A stretch of DNA of 64,000 nt from Gemmatimonadaceae bacterium (GTDB lineage Bacteria > Gemmatimonadota > Gemmatimonadetes > Gemmatimonadales > Gemmatimonadaceae): contig JBJMOW010000002.1 in the NCBI GenBank assembly GCA_045803545.1, positions 32,001 through 96,000 of the forward strand. Direction: 5' to 3'. The notes beneath the pieces are model-generated. The model worked only from the letters and a program-made list of their open reading frames with translations. It did no database searches and was not told the origin of the DNA. This document shows positions 42,818-53,059 of the stretch, one piece after another. The first letter of the stretch is position 1. Each line of letters starts with the position of its first letter. A program made the position numbers and the translations under genes.

Positions 42818-42900
42818 GGGTGAGGGAAGAGGGATGGGGGTGGTTCGGAGCCGACTCTGACCTCTCATCCTGCATCCCTCATCCTTCATCCCCCTTCCCC
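42818..42900. repeat. Inverted pair of degenerate heptamer arrays (GGATGAG / CTCATCC)
   Basis: Left gggtgag-ggaagag-ggatggg; right ctcatcc-tgcatcc-ctcatcc-ttcatcc-cccttcc. Confidence 0.6.
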
Positions 42901-42920
42901 CGGCCCGCTAATATTCCCGG

Positions 42921-44270
42921 ATGCCCAATCACCCGGACGTGATGGACAAGCTCGTGTCGCTGGCAAAGCGGCGCGGCTTCATTTTCCAATCATCAGAGAT
43001 CTATGGCGGCACCGGCTCCGTGTGGGATTACGGCCCGCTCGGTGTGGAGCTCAAGAAGAATCTGAAGGACCGCTGGTGGCACGCGATGGTTCGCGCGCGC
43101 AACGACATCGAAGGGCTCGATGCCGCGATACTGATGAACGCGCGCGTGTGGGAAGCGAGCGGTCACGTCAGCGGCTTCGTCGATCCATTGGTCGATTGTC
43201 GCAATTGCAAAAAAAGATTCCGCGCCGACGATTCACGCATCAAAGGCACACCGGGCACTCCCGACGGCCAATGTCCCGCGTGCGGGATGAAAGGCACGCT
43301 CAGCGAAGCGCGTCAGTTCAATCTGATGTTCAAGACTTTCATGGGACCGGTCGAGGATTCCGCGGCAATTGTGTATTTGCGACCGGAAACAGCGCAGGGC
43401 ATCTACGTGAACTTTCTGAACGTCCAGCAGTCGACGCGGCAGAAGATTCCGTTCGGCATCGCCCAGATCGGCAAGGCATTCCGCAACGAGATCACGCCCG
43501 GGAATTTCATTTTTCGGACGCGTGAGTTCGAGCAGATGGAAATGCAGTTCTTCGTCGAGCCGGGCACCGACATGCAGTGGTTCGAGTACTGGAAGCAGCA
43601 ACGGATGGAGTGGCATCTCGCACTGGGCCTGGAAAGAGAGCGCCTGCAGTTCCATCAGCACACCAAGGAGGAGCTCGCACACTACGCGCGGGCAGCCGTC
43701 GACGTGCAGTTCGATTTTGGTGGCACCCTTGGCTTCCAGGAGATCGAAGGTGTTCACAACCGTGGCGACTTCGATCTGACGCAGCACCAGAAGTTCTCGG
43801 GGAAGAAGCTCGAGTACTTTGACCAGCCGAACAATCGTCGGTTCGTGCCGTACGTCGTGGAGACCTCGGTCGGTGCCGACAGAACAACACTCGCGGTGCT
43901 GGTCAACGCCTATCGCGAGGAGTCAGTTCCCGGCGAGTCGGAAGGGCGCACAGTTCTGAAACTCGAAGCCTCGCTCGCTCCAATCAAAGCCGGTGTTTTT
44001 CCACTGGTAAAGAAGGACGGAATGCCGGAGATGGCGACGCGGATCTCTGATGATCTGCGCAAGTCGTTCCCGATCTTCTACGACGACAGCGGCGCCATTG
44101 GCCGACGGTATCGTCGACAGGACGAAGTGGGAACACCATTCGGAATTACGATTGACGGCGAGTCACTCACCAACGCGACTGTGACGGTGCGCGACCGCGA
44201 CACGCTGCAACAGGAGCGCGTCGAGGTCGGCCAGCTCAAGGGTTACCTCACTCGCAAGCTGGAACTGTGA
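42921..44270 (+). CDS. glyQS: Glycine--tRNA ligase (alpha2 type)
   Basis: [46 protein letters not shown]. Confidence 0.97.
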   Translation: MPNHPDVMDKLVSLAKRRGFIFQSSEIYGGTGSVWDYGPLGVELKKNLKDRWWHAMVRARNDIEGLDAAILMNARVWEASGHVSGFVDPLVDCRNCKKRFRADDSRIKGTPGTPDGQCPACGMKGTLSEARQFNLMFKTFMGPVEDSAAIVYLRPETAQGIYVNFLNVQQSTRQKIPFGIAQIGKAFRNEITPGNFIFRTREFEQMEMQFFVEPGTDMQWFEYWKQQRMEWHLALGLERERLQFHQHTKEELAHYARAAVDVQFDFGGTLGFQEIEGVHNRGDFDLTQHQKFSGKKLEYFDQPNNRRFVPYVVETSVGADRTTLAVLVNAYREESVPGESEGRTVLKLEASLAPIKAGVFPLVKKDGMPEMATRISDDLRKSFPIFYDDSGAIGRRYRRQDEVGTPFGITIDGESLTNATVTVRDRDTLQQERVEVGQLKGYLTRKLEL

Positions 44271-45787
44271 CCGCGCTCGACCTTCAGCGCCTGCGAGCTG
44301 AAGGCCAGGCGTTCATGGAAGCGATCTCACGAGAGAGCTACCTCGCGTTCGCCGGACTCAAGAAATCGGCGGAGCTCCGCCCGATCTACGAGAAATTCGA
44401 TCGGGTGTTGAGCAGGGAGGCACTGGAGCTGACGCTCGATCTGTTCCAGTCCGCGCCGGATAAAAGCGAGGCCCAGCGGTCGGCGCGACTGCTGCTCGAG
44501 TGGGAAATCGAATCGCAGGCCGCCAAGCCACTCGCCGAGCTCGATGAGCGGGAAATCGAGTGGGAGAATTCTGCCGTCGTGAGATCGCCCGACGGCAGGG
44601 TCGTTCAGTATCAGGCCGTTCCGATCGAAATCGCCAACACCCGCGACCGCTCTCTGCGACTGGCACTCGATCAGGCGCGGACGAAGCTGGTCAAAGCCGA
44701 GCATGCGCCGTTGCGTCTCGAGAGACTGCAACGAGAGAAGGATTTTATTGAATCGCTGGACGTCGCGGGTGACTACAACTCCTCGTTTGAGACCGTAACC
44801 GGTATCTCGCTGTCCGGACTCGCCGACGAATGCGAGCGTTTGTTGCGCGAGACGAAAGCGATGTGGGACGACACGCTCCCGGGATTTCTGCGCAAATCGC
44901 TCGGTATCTCCGCTGCTGAAGCGAAGCGGCCCGACGCGTTGGCGCTCTTTCGCGCTTCCGAGTACGACGACGCATTTCCGGGCAGCGAGATGGAGCCCGC
45001 GATTCGCCGACAGGTGCTGGAGATGGGAATCGACCCGGTTGCCACGGGTCGCATCATCTTCGACGTTGGCGAGCGGCAGGGCAAGCGCTCGCGCGCGTTC
45101 TGCTCACCGGTTCGTGTTCCGCAGGAAGTCTATCTGGTGCTTCGCCCCCACGGCGGCCAAAGCGACTACAACACTTTCCTGCACGAGCTTGGACACGCGT
45201 TGCACTTTGGCTATGCGAGTCCGGACTATCCGTTTGAGTTCCGCTGGCTGGGCGATAACTCGGTAACTGAGTCGTACGCAATGTTGTTCGACCACCGGAT
45301 GCAGGATCGCGGTTGGCTCAATCGGTATACGGGACTGAGCGGACCTCGCGTCGGCAAATTCCTCCGCAGCGCCGGCTTCGAGGAGCTCCATTTTCTGCGT
45401 CGCTACTGCGCGAAGTTTTTGTATGAGCGCTCGCTTTACAGTGGCAACATTCCGTGGTCGGCGCTGCCGGATCTGTATGTCTCACTGCTGACCAGTGCGA
45501 CCGGATTCGAGTACGACCCGGCGGACGCGTTCGTCGATGTCGATCCCCGGTACTACTCTGCGCGGTATCTGCGCGCGTGGCAGCTGCAGTCAATTCTCAA
45601 CGAAGGGCTTACGACGCAGTTCGACAACGATTGGTGGCGCAACCCCAGCGCAGGGCCGTGGATGGTTCGCGAGCTTTTCGCGCAGGGGCAACGAGAAAGT
45701 GGCGAGGAGATCGCGACGCGCGCCGGAGCCGACCGGCTCTCTTTCGATCCGTTGATCAGAAAGGTCGAGGAGCTGCTGAGTGCCTGA
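44267..45787 (+). CDS. Gluzincin (M3/M32-like) metallopeptidase
   Basis: [18 protein letters not shown] zinc motif, downstream TESYAMLF glutamate. Confidence 0.7.
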   Translation: MTALDLQRLRAEGQAFMEAISRESYLAFAGLKKSAELRPIYEKFDRVLSREALELTLDLFQSAPDKSEAQRSARLLLEWEIESQAAKPLAELDEREIEWENSAVVRSPDGRVVQYQAVPIEIANTRDRSLRLALDQARTKLVKAEHAPLRLERLQREKDFIESLDVAGDYNSSFETVTGISLSGLADECERLLRETKAMWDDTLPGFLRKSLGISAAEAKRPDALALFRASEYDDAFPGSEMEPAIRRQVLEMGIDPVATGRIIFDVGERQGKRSRAFCSPVRVPQEVYLVLRPHGGQSDYNTFLHELGHALHFGYASPDYPFEFRWLGDNSVTESYAMLFDHRMQDRGWLNRYTGLSGPRVGKFLRSAGFEELHFLRRYCAKFLYERSLYSGNIPWSALPDLYVSLLTSATGFEYDPADAFVDVDPRYYSARYLRAWQLQSILNEGLTTQFDNDWWRNPSAGPWMVRELFAQGQRESGEEIATRAGADRLSFDPLIRKVEELLSA

Positions 45788-47129
45788 CAACGATCGCATT
45801 CGGGCGGAAACCGTCGCGCGACTTCAGGCCATCATCAGGTTCGACACAACCAACCCGCCGGGGAATGAGTTCCCGCTGGCGATGTACGTGGAGGACGCAC
45901 TGAAAAGCGAGGGCATCGAGACCACGCTTGTCGTGCCCGAAAAGAATCGCGCACAGTTGATCGGGCGAATCCGCGGCGCCGGCAATGAGCCTCCGGTGAT
46001 TGTGCTCGCGCACACCGACGTTGTCGGCGTGCAGCGAGCGAGCTGGACGCATGACCCGTTCGGCGCTGAAATCGAGGGCGGGTACCTGTATGGGCGCGGT
46101 GCCATCGATGACAAAGGGATGCTGGCGGCGAATCTGATGACGATGCTTCTATTGCAGCGCGACCTCGCCGGAAACCGTCGCAAGCTTTCTCGGGACGTCG
46201 TTTTCCTGGCGACGTGCGACGAGGAATCCGGCGGTGAGGTGGGCATGGGTTGGCTCGTCGAACATCATCCTGAGGTGCTCGCCGCCGAGTACGCGCTCAA
46301 CGAGGGCGGCCGTACGCGGCTAATCGACGGCGGTCGTTGCTATCTCGCGGTTCAGGCTGCGGAGAAGATCTCGCACGTGGTAACTGTGACTGCGCACGGC
46401 ACGGCAGGACATGCTGCGATCCCGCTCGCCGACAACGCCATCACGCGGCTGGGCCGCGCGATCGCGGAGTTGTCGACGCACGTCGAGCCGCTGGTGCTCA
46501 CCGACATCACGCGTCAGTTCTTTGCGCGCCTCGCCGATATCTGGCCGAGTCAGGTCGAGCGCAACGCGATGCTCGACCTGGTCGACCCGAGCGATATCCG
46601 ATCCGCTGATGGCGGTCGGATACTCTCTGAGACTCCGGTCTTCAATGCAGTGTTGCGAAACGGCATCTCACCGACGGTGCTCCAGGGTGGCAGGCAATTC
46701 AACGTAATTCCGGATTCCGCAGGTGTTATGCTGAACGTGCGCACTTTGCCTGGCCAGTCGATCGACGACGTAGTCGGACGTTTGCGTCGCGTCATTACTG
46801 AAGAGGGGGTGACGGTCGACGTCACCCAGCGTGGTGTTGAGGCCCCCGCATCCGATCCGGGCTCACCGATGTTCGCGGCAATCTCCGAGACTGCCCACGA
46901 GCTCGATCCCAAGATTGCAGTGGTGCCGTACCTCAGCACCGGCGTCACCGACAGCGCGCGCTTACGGCGACTCGGTATCCAGGCTTACGGTGTGCTGCCA
47001 TTCCCGATGGCTCAGTCCGACGAGGAGCGGATGCACGGGAACGACGAGCGGATCCCACTCGAGTCTCTCCACTTCGGCGTCCGTCTTATCCACGGCGCGA
47101 TCTCCCGCATCACGGGACTCGTAACCTAG
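45780..47129 (+). CDS. M20/M25/M40 family metallohydrolase
   Basis: DTTNPPGNE, AHTDVV, GRGAIDDKG, DEESGG, NEGG, HGNDERI. Confidence 0.9.
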   Translation: MPDNDRIRAETVARLQAIIRFDTTNPPGNEFPLAMYVEDALKSEGIETTLVVPEKNRAQLIGRIRGAGNEPPVIVLAHTDVVGVQRASWTHDPFGAEIEGGYLYGRGAIDDKGMLAANLMTMLLLQRDLAGNRRKLSRDVVFLATCDEESGGEVGMGWLVEHHPEVLAAEYALNEGGRTRLIDGGRCYLAVQAAEKISHVVTVTAHGTAGHAAIPLADNAITRLGRAIAELSTHVEPLVLTDITRQFFARLADIWPSQVERNAMLDLVDPSDIRSADGGRILSETPVFNAVLRNGISPTVLQGGRQFNVIPDSAGVMLNVRTLPGQSIDDVVGRLRRVITEEGVTVDVTQRGVEAPASDPGSPMFAAISETAHELDPKIAVVPYLSTGVTDSARLRRLGIQAYGVLPFPMAQSDEERMHGNDERIPLESLHFGVRLIHGAISRITGLVT

Positions 47130-47146
47130 AGACCACGATTGGGGTC

Positions 47147-47539
47147 GGGACGGGGTATCCGCTACGGCAGCCTCTCGCTTACACGCTGCGAGCCTCGCTT
47201 AGTCCTGCTCGGCTTACGGTGTTACGTAGGAGCGCGAGTCTCTTGCTACGCGAGGGCCTGCCTTAAGCGGACACCCCGTCCCTCCTTCACGGATCTGTAA
47301 CTGCACGCGACCCCGCCTGCGAGACGCACCGCGACGAGTCTCACGCCGCGCAAGGCCTCGCAGTCGCGGTCGTTACAGACTGTCGAGGGAGAGGTGAGGG
47401 GCGTACTCCGAAAAACATCGCGCAGACGCGCCCCGTCTCAGATCGCCACCAACAATGATTTCGAACCGAAGGCGGGTCGAGCAGTTTTTCGGAGAATGCC
47501 CCTCACCTCGACCCCCGCCGAGATGCTAAGGCGGCGGGG
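47147..47539. repeat. Cluster of long inverted-repeat (hairpin) elements between convergent genes
   Basis: Stems at 47147-47282, 47294-47379, 47391-47509 (24/26 match) and 47513-47539. Confidence 0.75.
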
Positions 47540-47550
47540 ATCGAAGAAGG

Positions 47551-49677
47551 CTACCGTCCCTGCAGCTCGTCGGCGATGCGCGAGCCGTCGTACATCTTCC
47601 GCAGCGCCTCGGTAATCGCGCGCGAGCTCACGCTGACGGTCCGGCCGACCGCCGTCGTGAAAATGAACCGGTTCGATACGCCTTCGATATTCGAGTCGAA
47701 CACGAGTCCGACGACTTCCGCATTCTTGTTGATCACTGGGCTGCCCGAGTTGCCGCCGATGATGTCGTTGGTCGACACGAAATCGTACGGCGTCGAGAGG
47801 TCGAGGTTCGCCTTGCGATCCACCCACCGCTGGGGGAGCTTGAACGGGTCCTTGTTGTCGAACGCGGCGGAGCGCTCGTAAAGACCGTAGAACGTGGTCT
47901 TGTAAGGCGCGATGGTGCCGTTCGACGGATACGACTTCACCAGGCCGTCGCTGATACGGAGAGTGAAGGTAGCGTCGGGCGGCAGATTGGTGCCGTAGGT
48001 TGCGAACATCGCCTGTCCGATCTTCTCACTGTTGGACGCAATTATCGCGTTGAGCGCGTTCGCGCGACTTAGTTGCGTACGCGCCAGAGGATCGACGGCG
48101 CGCGCAAACACGATCAGCGGATCCGTCGATGCTGTGATTGCCGGAAGTCCACCTGTCACCAGCTGCTGACGAACCGCTGGATCCGTGATTCGCGTATTAC
48201 GAACGAGATCGGCTGCCGCCTGCTCGGGAGTCTTGCCGTTCAACGCAATCCGCAGGAATGGATCATTCGCCGAGAGCTCGCCCTGCGCTGCGCGGAGCTG
48301 CGCGGCGATCGCCAGACGCTCGTAAGCCGTATCGATCGGATTCGGCGCTACGATCGCAGTCTTGATGTTCCCGAGCCCCGGCCCGCGGTACTGCGTCAAG
48401 CGGTCGGCGTCAGGCTTACCAGCTTCGGTTGCGACGCGCACCAGTCCCGCCGCCAGTTGCAGCAATTGCGAGTTTCCGCCGAAACCGTAGTAGCGAAGTT
48501 GCGGGCTGAACGTCGCCAGCTCCGACTGCGCCCGCGCAATCGCGTCCCACGCGCCGCCGTACTGCGCCTGGAGCTGCGGATTCGCAGCGATTCGGGCGCG
48601 CAGCTCCCGCTCGAAACCACTCTTCATCGCCATGCTGGCCGTGTCGAGCAGTCCAGCGCGGTAACCGGTCACCGCCTTCTGCGAGTTGGCCATCCCGAAA
48701 ATGTCGTTCTGATAGCGCCGCGCCGCCGAGGTATCCGTTTTCTCCAATGTTGAATAAATCGCCAGCAATCTCTTGTAAGCTCCGAGAGTCGCCGGATATC
48801 CGACGTCGCGCAGGTACTCCATTTGTGCGACGGTATTGAGGCGGCCAGTGGAGCCGGGATTTCCAACGACGAATACCAAATCGTTCTCAGTAGCGCCGGC
48901 GGGACTCCACCTCAGGTAATCAGTCGGCTGGTATGGCTGATTGTTCTCGTAGACGCGCAGCAGCGTCAGGTCGAGGTCGTAGCGCGGATAGGTAAAGTTG
49001 TCCGGATCGCCACCGAAGAATGCGATGCTCTCTTCGGGCGCCATCACCAGACGCAAGTCGTTGAAACGACGATAGCGATATAGCGAGTAAATGCCGCCCT
49101 GGTACAAACTCACCACCTGGCAGGTCATCTGGGTCTGCTGCTGACATTCGGTCTGTATTTGCGATATCACCGCACTTCGTTGAGCATCCTGCTGGGCGGG
49201 CGTGGTGCCTGTCACCGCCCCACGAACTCTGGTCGTCACGTTCTCGATCGACTGCAGCTGATCGACGTAGAGTCCGGCGCACTTCTTCTCGTCGGCGAGC
49301 GTTCCCGCCGAGAAGCCAGTGGCCACGTAATTGGAATCGGGCGGAGAAGAGCTCGCAGTGCATGACCGGCCGCAGTGATGGTTGGTCATCACCAGCCCAC
49401 GCGCCGAAACGAAAGAAGCCGAGCAATTCGGTAGTCTCACCGAGGCAAGCCGAACGTGGTCGAGCCATTTCTGGTCGGGTGCCCAGCCGTAGGTGCGACG
49501 CCAGTAGTCGAAAGGAGGGGCATCGAATGTCCACATCGTACCAAACTCGGGTCGATATGTGGGCGCCGCCATTTGCCCAACGGCCGCCTGTCTGCTCGCG
49601 CTCTGTGCTTCTGCCCGGGTGGAAACGACTAGCGCGGCGGTGAGTACCAGCACGCGCAGCACCGATCTGGTTTTCAT
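47551..49677 (-). CDS. S46 family dipeptidyl peptidase (secreted)
   Basis: Signal peptide; GTMWTF, CSASFVS, MTNHHC, FGGDPDNFTYPR, PDATFTLRIS, DIIGGNSGSP. Confidence 0.93.
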   Translation of the reverse strand: MKTRSVLRVLVLTAALVVSTRAEAQSASRQAAVGQMAAPTYRPEFGTMWTFDAPPFDYWRRTYGWAPDQKWLDHVRLASVRLPNCSASFVSARGLVMTNHHCGRSCTASSSPPDSNYVATGFSAGTLADEKKCAGLYVDQLQSIENVTTRVRGAVTGTTPAQQDAQRSAVISQIQTECQQQTQMTCQVVSLYQGGIYSLYRYRRFNDLRLVMAPEESIAFFGGDPDNFTYPRYDLDLTLLRVYENNQPYQPTDYLRWSPAGATENDLVFVVGNPGSTGRLNTVAQMEYLRDVGYPATLGAYKRLLAIYSTLEKTDTSAARRYQNDIFGMANSQKAVTGYRAGLLDTASMAMKSGFERELRARIAANPQLQAQYGGAWDAIARAQSELATFSPQLRYYGFGGNSQLLQLAAGLVRVATEAGKPDADRLTQYRGPGLGNIKTAIVAPNPIDTAYERLAIAAQLRAAQGELSANDPFLRIALNGKTPEQAAADLVRNTRITDPAVRQQLVTGGLPAITASTDPLIVFARAVDPLARTQLSRANALNAIIASNSEKIGQAMFATYGTNLPPDATFTLRISDGLVKSYPSNGTIAPYKTTFYGLYERSAAFDNKDPFKLPQRWVDRKANLDLSTPYDFVSTNDIIGGNSGSPVINKNAEVVGLVFDSNIEGVSNRFIFTTAVGRTVSVSSRAITEALRKMYDGSRIADELQGR

Positions 49678-49819
49678 CTTGGTCCCTGTGCTTGTAGGTT
49701 GGCGCGTACCCGACTTGCAAGATATTTACCGCAGCAGGGCGGCGAGCTTGTTGCTCCGAGCCATGCCCTTAGATTCCTACACTCTCTACGGGTTCAACCG
49801 CTTCCCCGAGACGTCTTAA

Positions 49820-50125
49820 ATGCCGCAACGCGAGCGAGTTCTGCAGGAAACGACCACGACATTGAGTCCGGCCGAAGTCTTACAGTCGGCGAAGCAGTTT
49901 TTTGCGCGTCAGACCGGTATCTATGCGGCTTTTCCAGAGCAGGAATCCAAGTCTCATGTGTCAATGCGCGGACAAGGCGGGGAAGAGGTCGTCATCGCGG
50001 CGCTCTCGCAGAACGGATCGACGCGCGTCACCGGCTCCACTTATTTGTTCGATCAACAAGTCGCGCGGTTCATGTCGACGCTCGCTCCAGTACCGGAAGC
50101 AGTCATTACCGAAGGTGGGGTATGA
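49820..50125 (+). CDS. Hypothetical protein
   Basis: 101-aa ORF with plausible composition; ATGA overlap with the next gene. Confidence 0.7.
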   Translation: MPQRERVLQETTTTLSPAEVLQSAKQFFARQTGIYAAFPEQESKSHVSMRGQGGEEVVIAALSQNGSTRVTGSTYLFDQQVARFMSTLAPVPEAVITEGGV

Positions 50126-50451
50126 CCGCGCCGGTACCCTTCGTTAACAATCTCCGCAACCAGGGGCCGCCGCTTCGGCTTGGCTCCGGTTCGGATGTCG
50201 TGCTCCAACTCCGGGCGCAGGTTCTCGAAGCATGGGATGCTGTCCGCATCGACGCGGATTCTTCCGCGAGCGTGAAAAGCCTCAAGCATCTCGCGCTGAA
50301 AACGCTCTATCCCAACGTCAACGGGAACGATTACGTCGTCAAACTCCACGGCTGGGAAGTCCTCGACGAGGAAGCGCCGATCTCGTCGACGGGTGCGCGC
50401 AGCGGCTCGATCTTTCTAATCAGCGACCGCCGTCGGCGACCGGTCGCGTAG
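50122..50451 (+). CDS. Small protein with probable ubiquitin-like (YukD/EsaB-type) beta-grasp fold
   Basis: Pattern AVRIDADSSASVKSLKHLAL...YVVKLHGWEVLDEEAPISSTGARSGSIFLI mirrors the Ubl strand-helix pattern; ATG at 50122. Confidence 0.55.
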   Translation: MTAPVPFVNNLRNQGPPLRLGSGSDVVLQLRAQVLEAWDAVRIDADSSASVKSLKHLALKTLYPNVNGNDYVVKLHGWEVLDEEAPISSTGARSGSIFLISDRRRRPVA

Positions 50452-50462
50452 CTGACCCGCTG

Positions 50463-51392
50463 ATGCGGGCGGCTTTCATCTCACACAGTGACTGCGGGCG
50501 CCACGATACCGGGTGGGGCCATCCCGAGCATGTAGGTCGATTGCGCGCCGTCACGCGCGCTCTCCGCGAAGATCCTGAACTGTTTCATCGCGTGGAGCAC
50601 CTCGAGGGGCGGCACGCGACCGTCGAAGAGCTCGAGCTTGCGCACGACCCGGCGCATGTGCGCGCGGTGCGAGTGCTTGCCGAGCAGGGCGGGGGAAGAA
50701 TCGACGCCGACACCGTCGAGAGCAGCGGCTCGTGGGAGGCAGCGACTGCGGGCGCCGGTTGTGTTCTCTCCGCTGTCGATCTCTCAGTCGGTGCCGTGCA
50801 CCCACGAAGTTTTTCCGCGGTCCGCCCGCCCGGACACCACGCCGTCTACAATCGCGGGATGGGATTCTGCCTGTTCGGGAACGTTGCGATCGCAGCACAC
50901 TACGCGCGCAAGAAGCACGGACTCGCCCGCATTCTCATCGTCGACTGGGATGTTCACCACGGCAACGGAACCCAGGCGCTCGTACAGGACGAGCCGGACA
51001 TCCACTTCGTGTCGATGCATCAGTGGCCGTGGTACCCCGGCACTGGCGCGGCCGAAGACCGCGGTCCACATCACACCGTTTGGAACATCCCGTTGCCACC
51101 TGGCTTGCCACGGCAAGACTACGTCGATTCCCTCGAGCGCGGAATCGACGCCGCCACCGATGGCTTCACCCCCGATCTGATCTTCATCTCTGCCGGTTTC
51201 GATTCGTTGGCGGGCGACCCGCTCGGCGGATTTACGCTCGAAATCGACGATTTCGTGGGTCTCACACGATCGCTGATGGCGCGCGCTGACGCGTGGTGCG
51301 GTGGCCGTCTGATAAGCGCGCTCGAGGGCGGATACGCGCCAGATAGAGTCGGCGCAGCCGCAGTCGCGCATCTGGGCGCACTCGCAAACTAA
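50463..51392 (+). CDS. Histone deacetylase family protein
   Basis: HPE..GRL, RPPGHHA, GFCLFGN, DWDVHHGNGTQ, SAGFD, LEGGY. Confidence 0.93.
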   Translation: MRAAFISHSDCGRHDTGWGHPEHVGRLRAVTRALREDPELFHRVEHLEGRHATVEELELAHDPAHVRAVRVLAEQGGGRIDADTVESSGSWEAATAGAGCVLSAVDLSVGAVHPRSFSAVRPPGHHAVYNRGMGFCLFGNVAIAAHYARKKHGLARILIVDWDVHHGNGTQALVQDEPDIHFVSMHQWPWYPGTGAAEDRGPHHTVWNIPLPPGLPRQDYVDSLERGIDAATDGFTPDLIFISAGFDSLAGDPLGGFTLEIDDFVGLTRSLMARADAWCGGRLISALEGGYAPDRVGAAAVAHLGALAN

Positions 51393-51408
51393 CGGCTAAC
51401 TTCCACCG

Positions 51409-52437
51409 ATGAGCGTGGCATCTAGGCCGCTCCAGCAGGTCCGCCCAAGCAGCGAGCCGGAGCTCTGGACTGGTTACAACGATCCAAATGGTGGTATCCG
51501 TAACGACATTTCGCGCGATGAGATCGCCCGAATCGTCGCGTCCGGCGACGGAACGCTCTGGGTCGACATCGACACCCGCGACCCGAACGACGTCTCGATT
51601 CTCTCCGACGTTTTCCACTTCCACCCGTTGGCGATCGAGGAAGCAACCAACCCACAGTCCCGCGTCAAGCTCGAGGAATACGACAAATATCTGCTGTTGA
51701 TCGTGCGCACGGTCGCTTTCTGTGAAACCACCGACGATCCCTACGATCTCGATACAGTCAACATCAGCTTTTTCCTGGGCAAGAACTTCCTGGTGACAGT
51801 GCACGGTGGCAGTACCAACCCGGTCGCCGCCACCGTCGATCTGCTCCAGCGCAAACCGGAGCTGATTGGACACGGTCCTGCCAAGCTGATGCACGTCATC
51901 GTAGATCAGGCGGTTGACGCTTATTTCCCAATCATCGACCAGATCGACGAGTTCATGGACAGCCTCGAAGAGAAAATCTTCTCCCAGTTCGATCAGACTG
52001 TGCTGCGAGACGTTTTCGCTGTGAAGCGGCTGGTTCTAACCCTTCGGCGTCACCTTGCCCCGGAACGGGACGCTCTCAGCGTACTCACCAATCGGCCGAG
52101 TACTCTGCTCTCGACCGAGACGCAGATCTATTATCGGGACATCTACGACCATGTCCTGCGTATTTATGATTCGCTCGAGACCTTCCGGGACTTACTGAGC
52201 AGTACCCTGGACAGCTATCTAACGCAGGTATCAAATCGTCTAGGTACTGCGACCAAGGCTCTCAGCGTGGTCGCCACCGTCACGCTCCCGTTCGTGGTCA
52301 TCAGTGGTATCTGGGGCATGAACTTCGAGCATATTCCGCTTCACTCAAACCGGTACGGCTTCATTCTCCTCGTGTTGGCGCAACTGGCTTTCGGCCTCAC
52401 AATCCTCGGCGGTCTGAAATGGCGCAAGCTGCTGTAG
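51409..52437 (+). CDS. corA: CorA family Mg2+/Co2+ transporter
   Basis: FHFHPLAIE, YRDIYDH, GIWGMNF motif and two C-terminal TM helices. Confidence 0.92.
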   Translation: MSVASRPLQQVRPSSEPELWTGYNDPNGGIRNDISRDEIARIVASGDGTLWVDIDTRDPNDVSILSDVFHFHPLAIEEATNPQSRVKLEEYDKYLLLIVRTVAFCETTDDPYDLDTVNISFFLGKNFLVTVHGGSTNPVAATVDLLQRKPELIGHGPAKLMHVIVDQAVDAYFPIIDQIDEFMDSLEEKIFSQFDQTVLRDVFAVKRLVLTLRRHLAPERDALSVLTNRPSTLLSTETQIYYRDIYDHVLRIYDSLETFRDLLSSTLDSYLTQVSNRLGTATKALSVVATVTLPFVVISGIWGMNFEHIPLHSNRYGFILLVLAQLAFGLTILGGLKWRKLL

Positions 52438-53057
52438 CGGCGCTCCGCGTGTACGGAGTGGCTGCCGTCGAGAACGGCCAGGCAGCCTCGCTCGTTGAGG
52501 GGACCTCGCTGGTGCACTTCCGGGCGCTGGCGGCGATCGTCGAGCCGTCGCACTACTCGGCGCCCGCATTGGGCGAGGGCGATACCCAGCGTTATCTCGA
52601 TGTTCTCGAGGAAGCTTATTCAAACGCCGCGGTTTTGCCGGCACCACCGGGCACCGTCTTTCAGTCCCGTAACACTCTGATGCGCTGGCTCGAGCTGCAC
52701 TACTTCACTCTGACGGAGGCGCTCGCCGTCATCGAAGGGCACTCAGCCGCGCGCGTGAACATTACCACGCGAGCCGGCCATCAGGACGGCGATGGCGGTC
52801 GCAGCCTGGCGGCACTGGCAGCGGACAGCCTGCGCTCGCTACGCAATCAGGCAGCGGCGACGGTGACCTTGCCCAAGGCCGATGGTGACGATGAAGAGGG
52901 CGTCGTCGCGCGGGCGTCTTTTCTCATCGACACTCAGCGCTGGGAGACCTTCAAGGACACGGTCAACAAGGAAGCACAGCGCCAGCCGTCCCTCGCCTTC
53001 GGCGTCACCGGCCCATGGCCTCCGTACGATTTCGTGCGTATGCAGTTCGGAGGCTGA
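52419..53057 (+). CDS. Divergent orphan GvpL/GvpF family protein
   Basis: LRVYGV, VLPAPPGTVF, RASFLI, VTGPWPPYDFV. Confidence 0.75.
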   Translation: MAQAAVAALRVYGVAAVENGQAASLVEGTSLVHFRALAAIVEPSHYSAPALGEGDTQRYLDVLEEAYSNAAVLPAPPGTVFQSRNTLMRWLELHYFTLTEALAVIEGHSAARVNITTRAGHQDGDGGRSLAALAADSLRSLRNQAAATVTLPKADGDDEEGVVARASFLIDTQRWETFKDTVNKEAQRQPSLAFGVTGPWPPYDFVRMQFGG

Positions 53058-53059
53058 GG

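Noticed and set aside
47130..47550. tRNA, 6S, SRP, RNase P or tmRNA gene, or CRISPR array
   Set aside because: No cloverleaf/TTCGA arm in a tRNA context, no recognisable conserved motifs of those RNAs, and no direct repeats with spacers; an Rfam search is needed to exclude 6S fully
49699..50121. N-terminal 140 aa of the 250-aa ORF 49699-50451
   Set aside because: Overlaps the better 49820-50125 ORF in another frame; the real gene likely starts at ATG 50122
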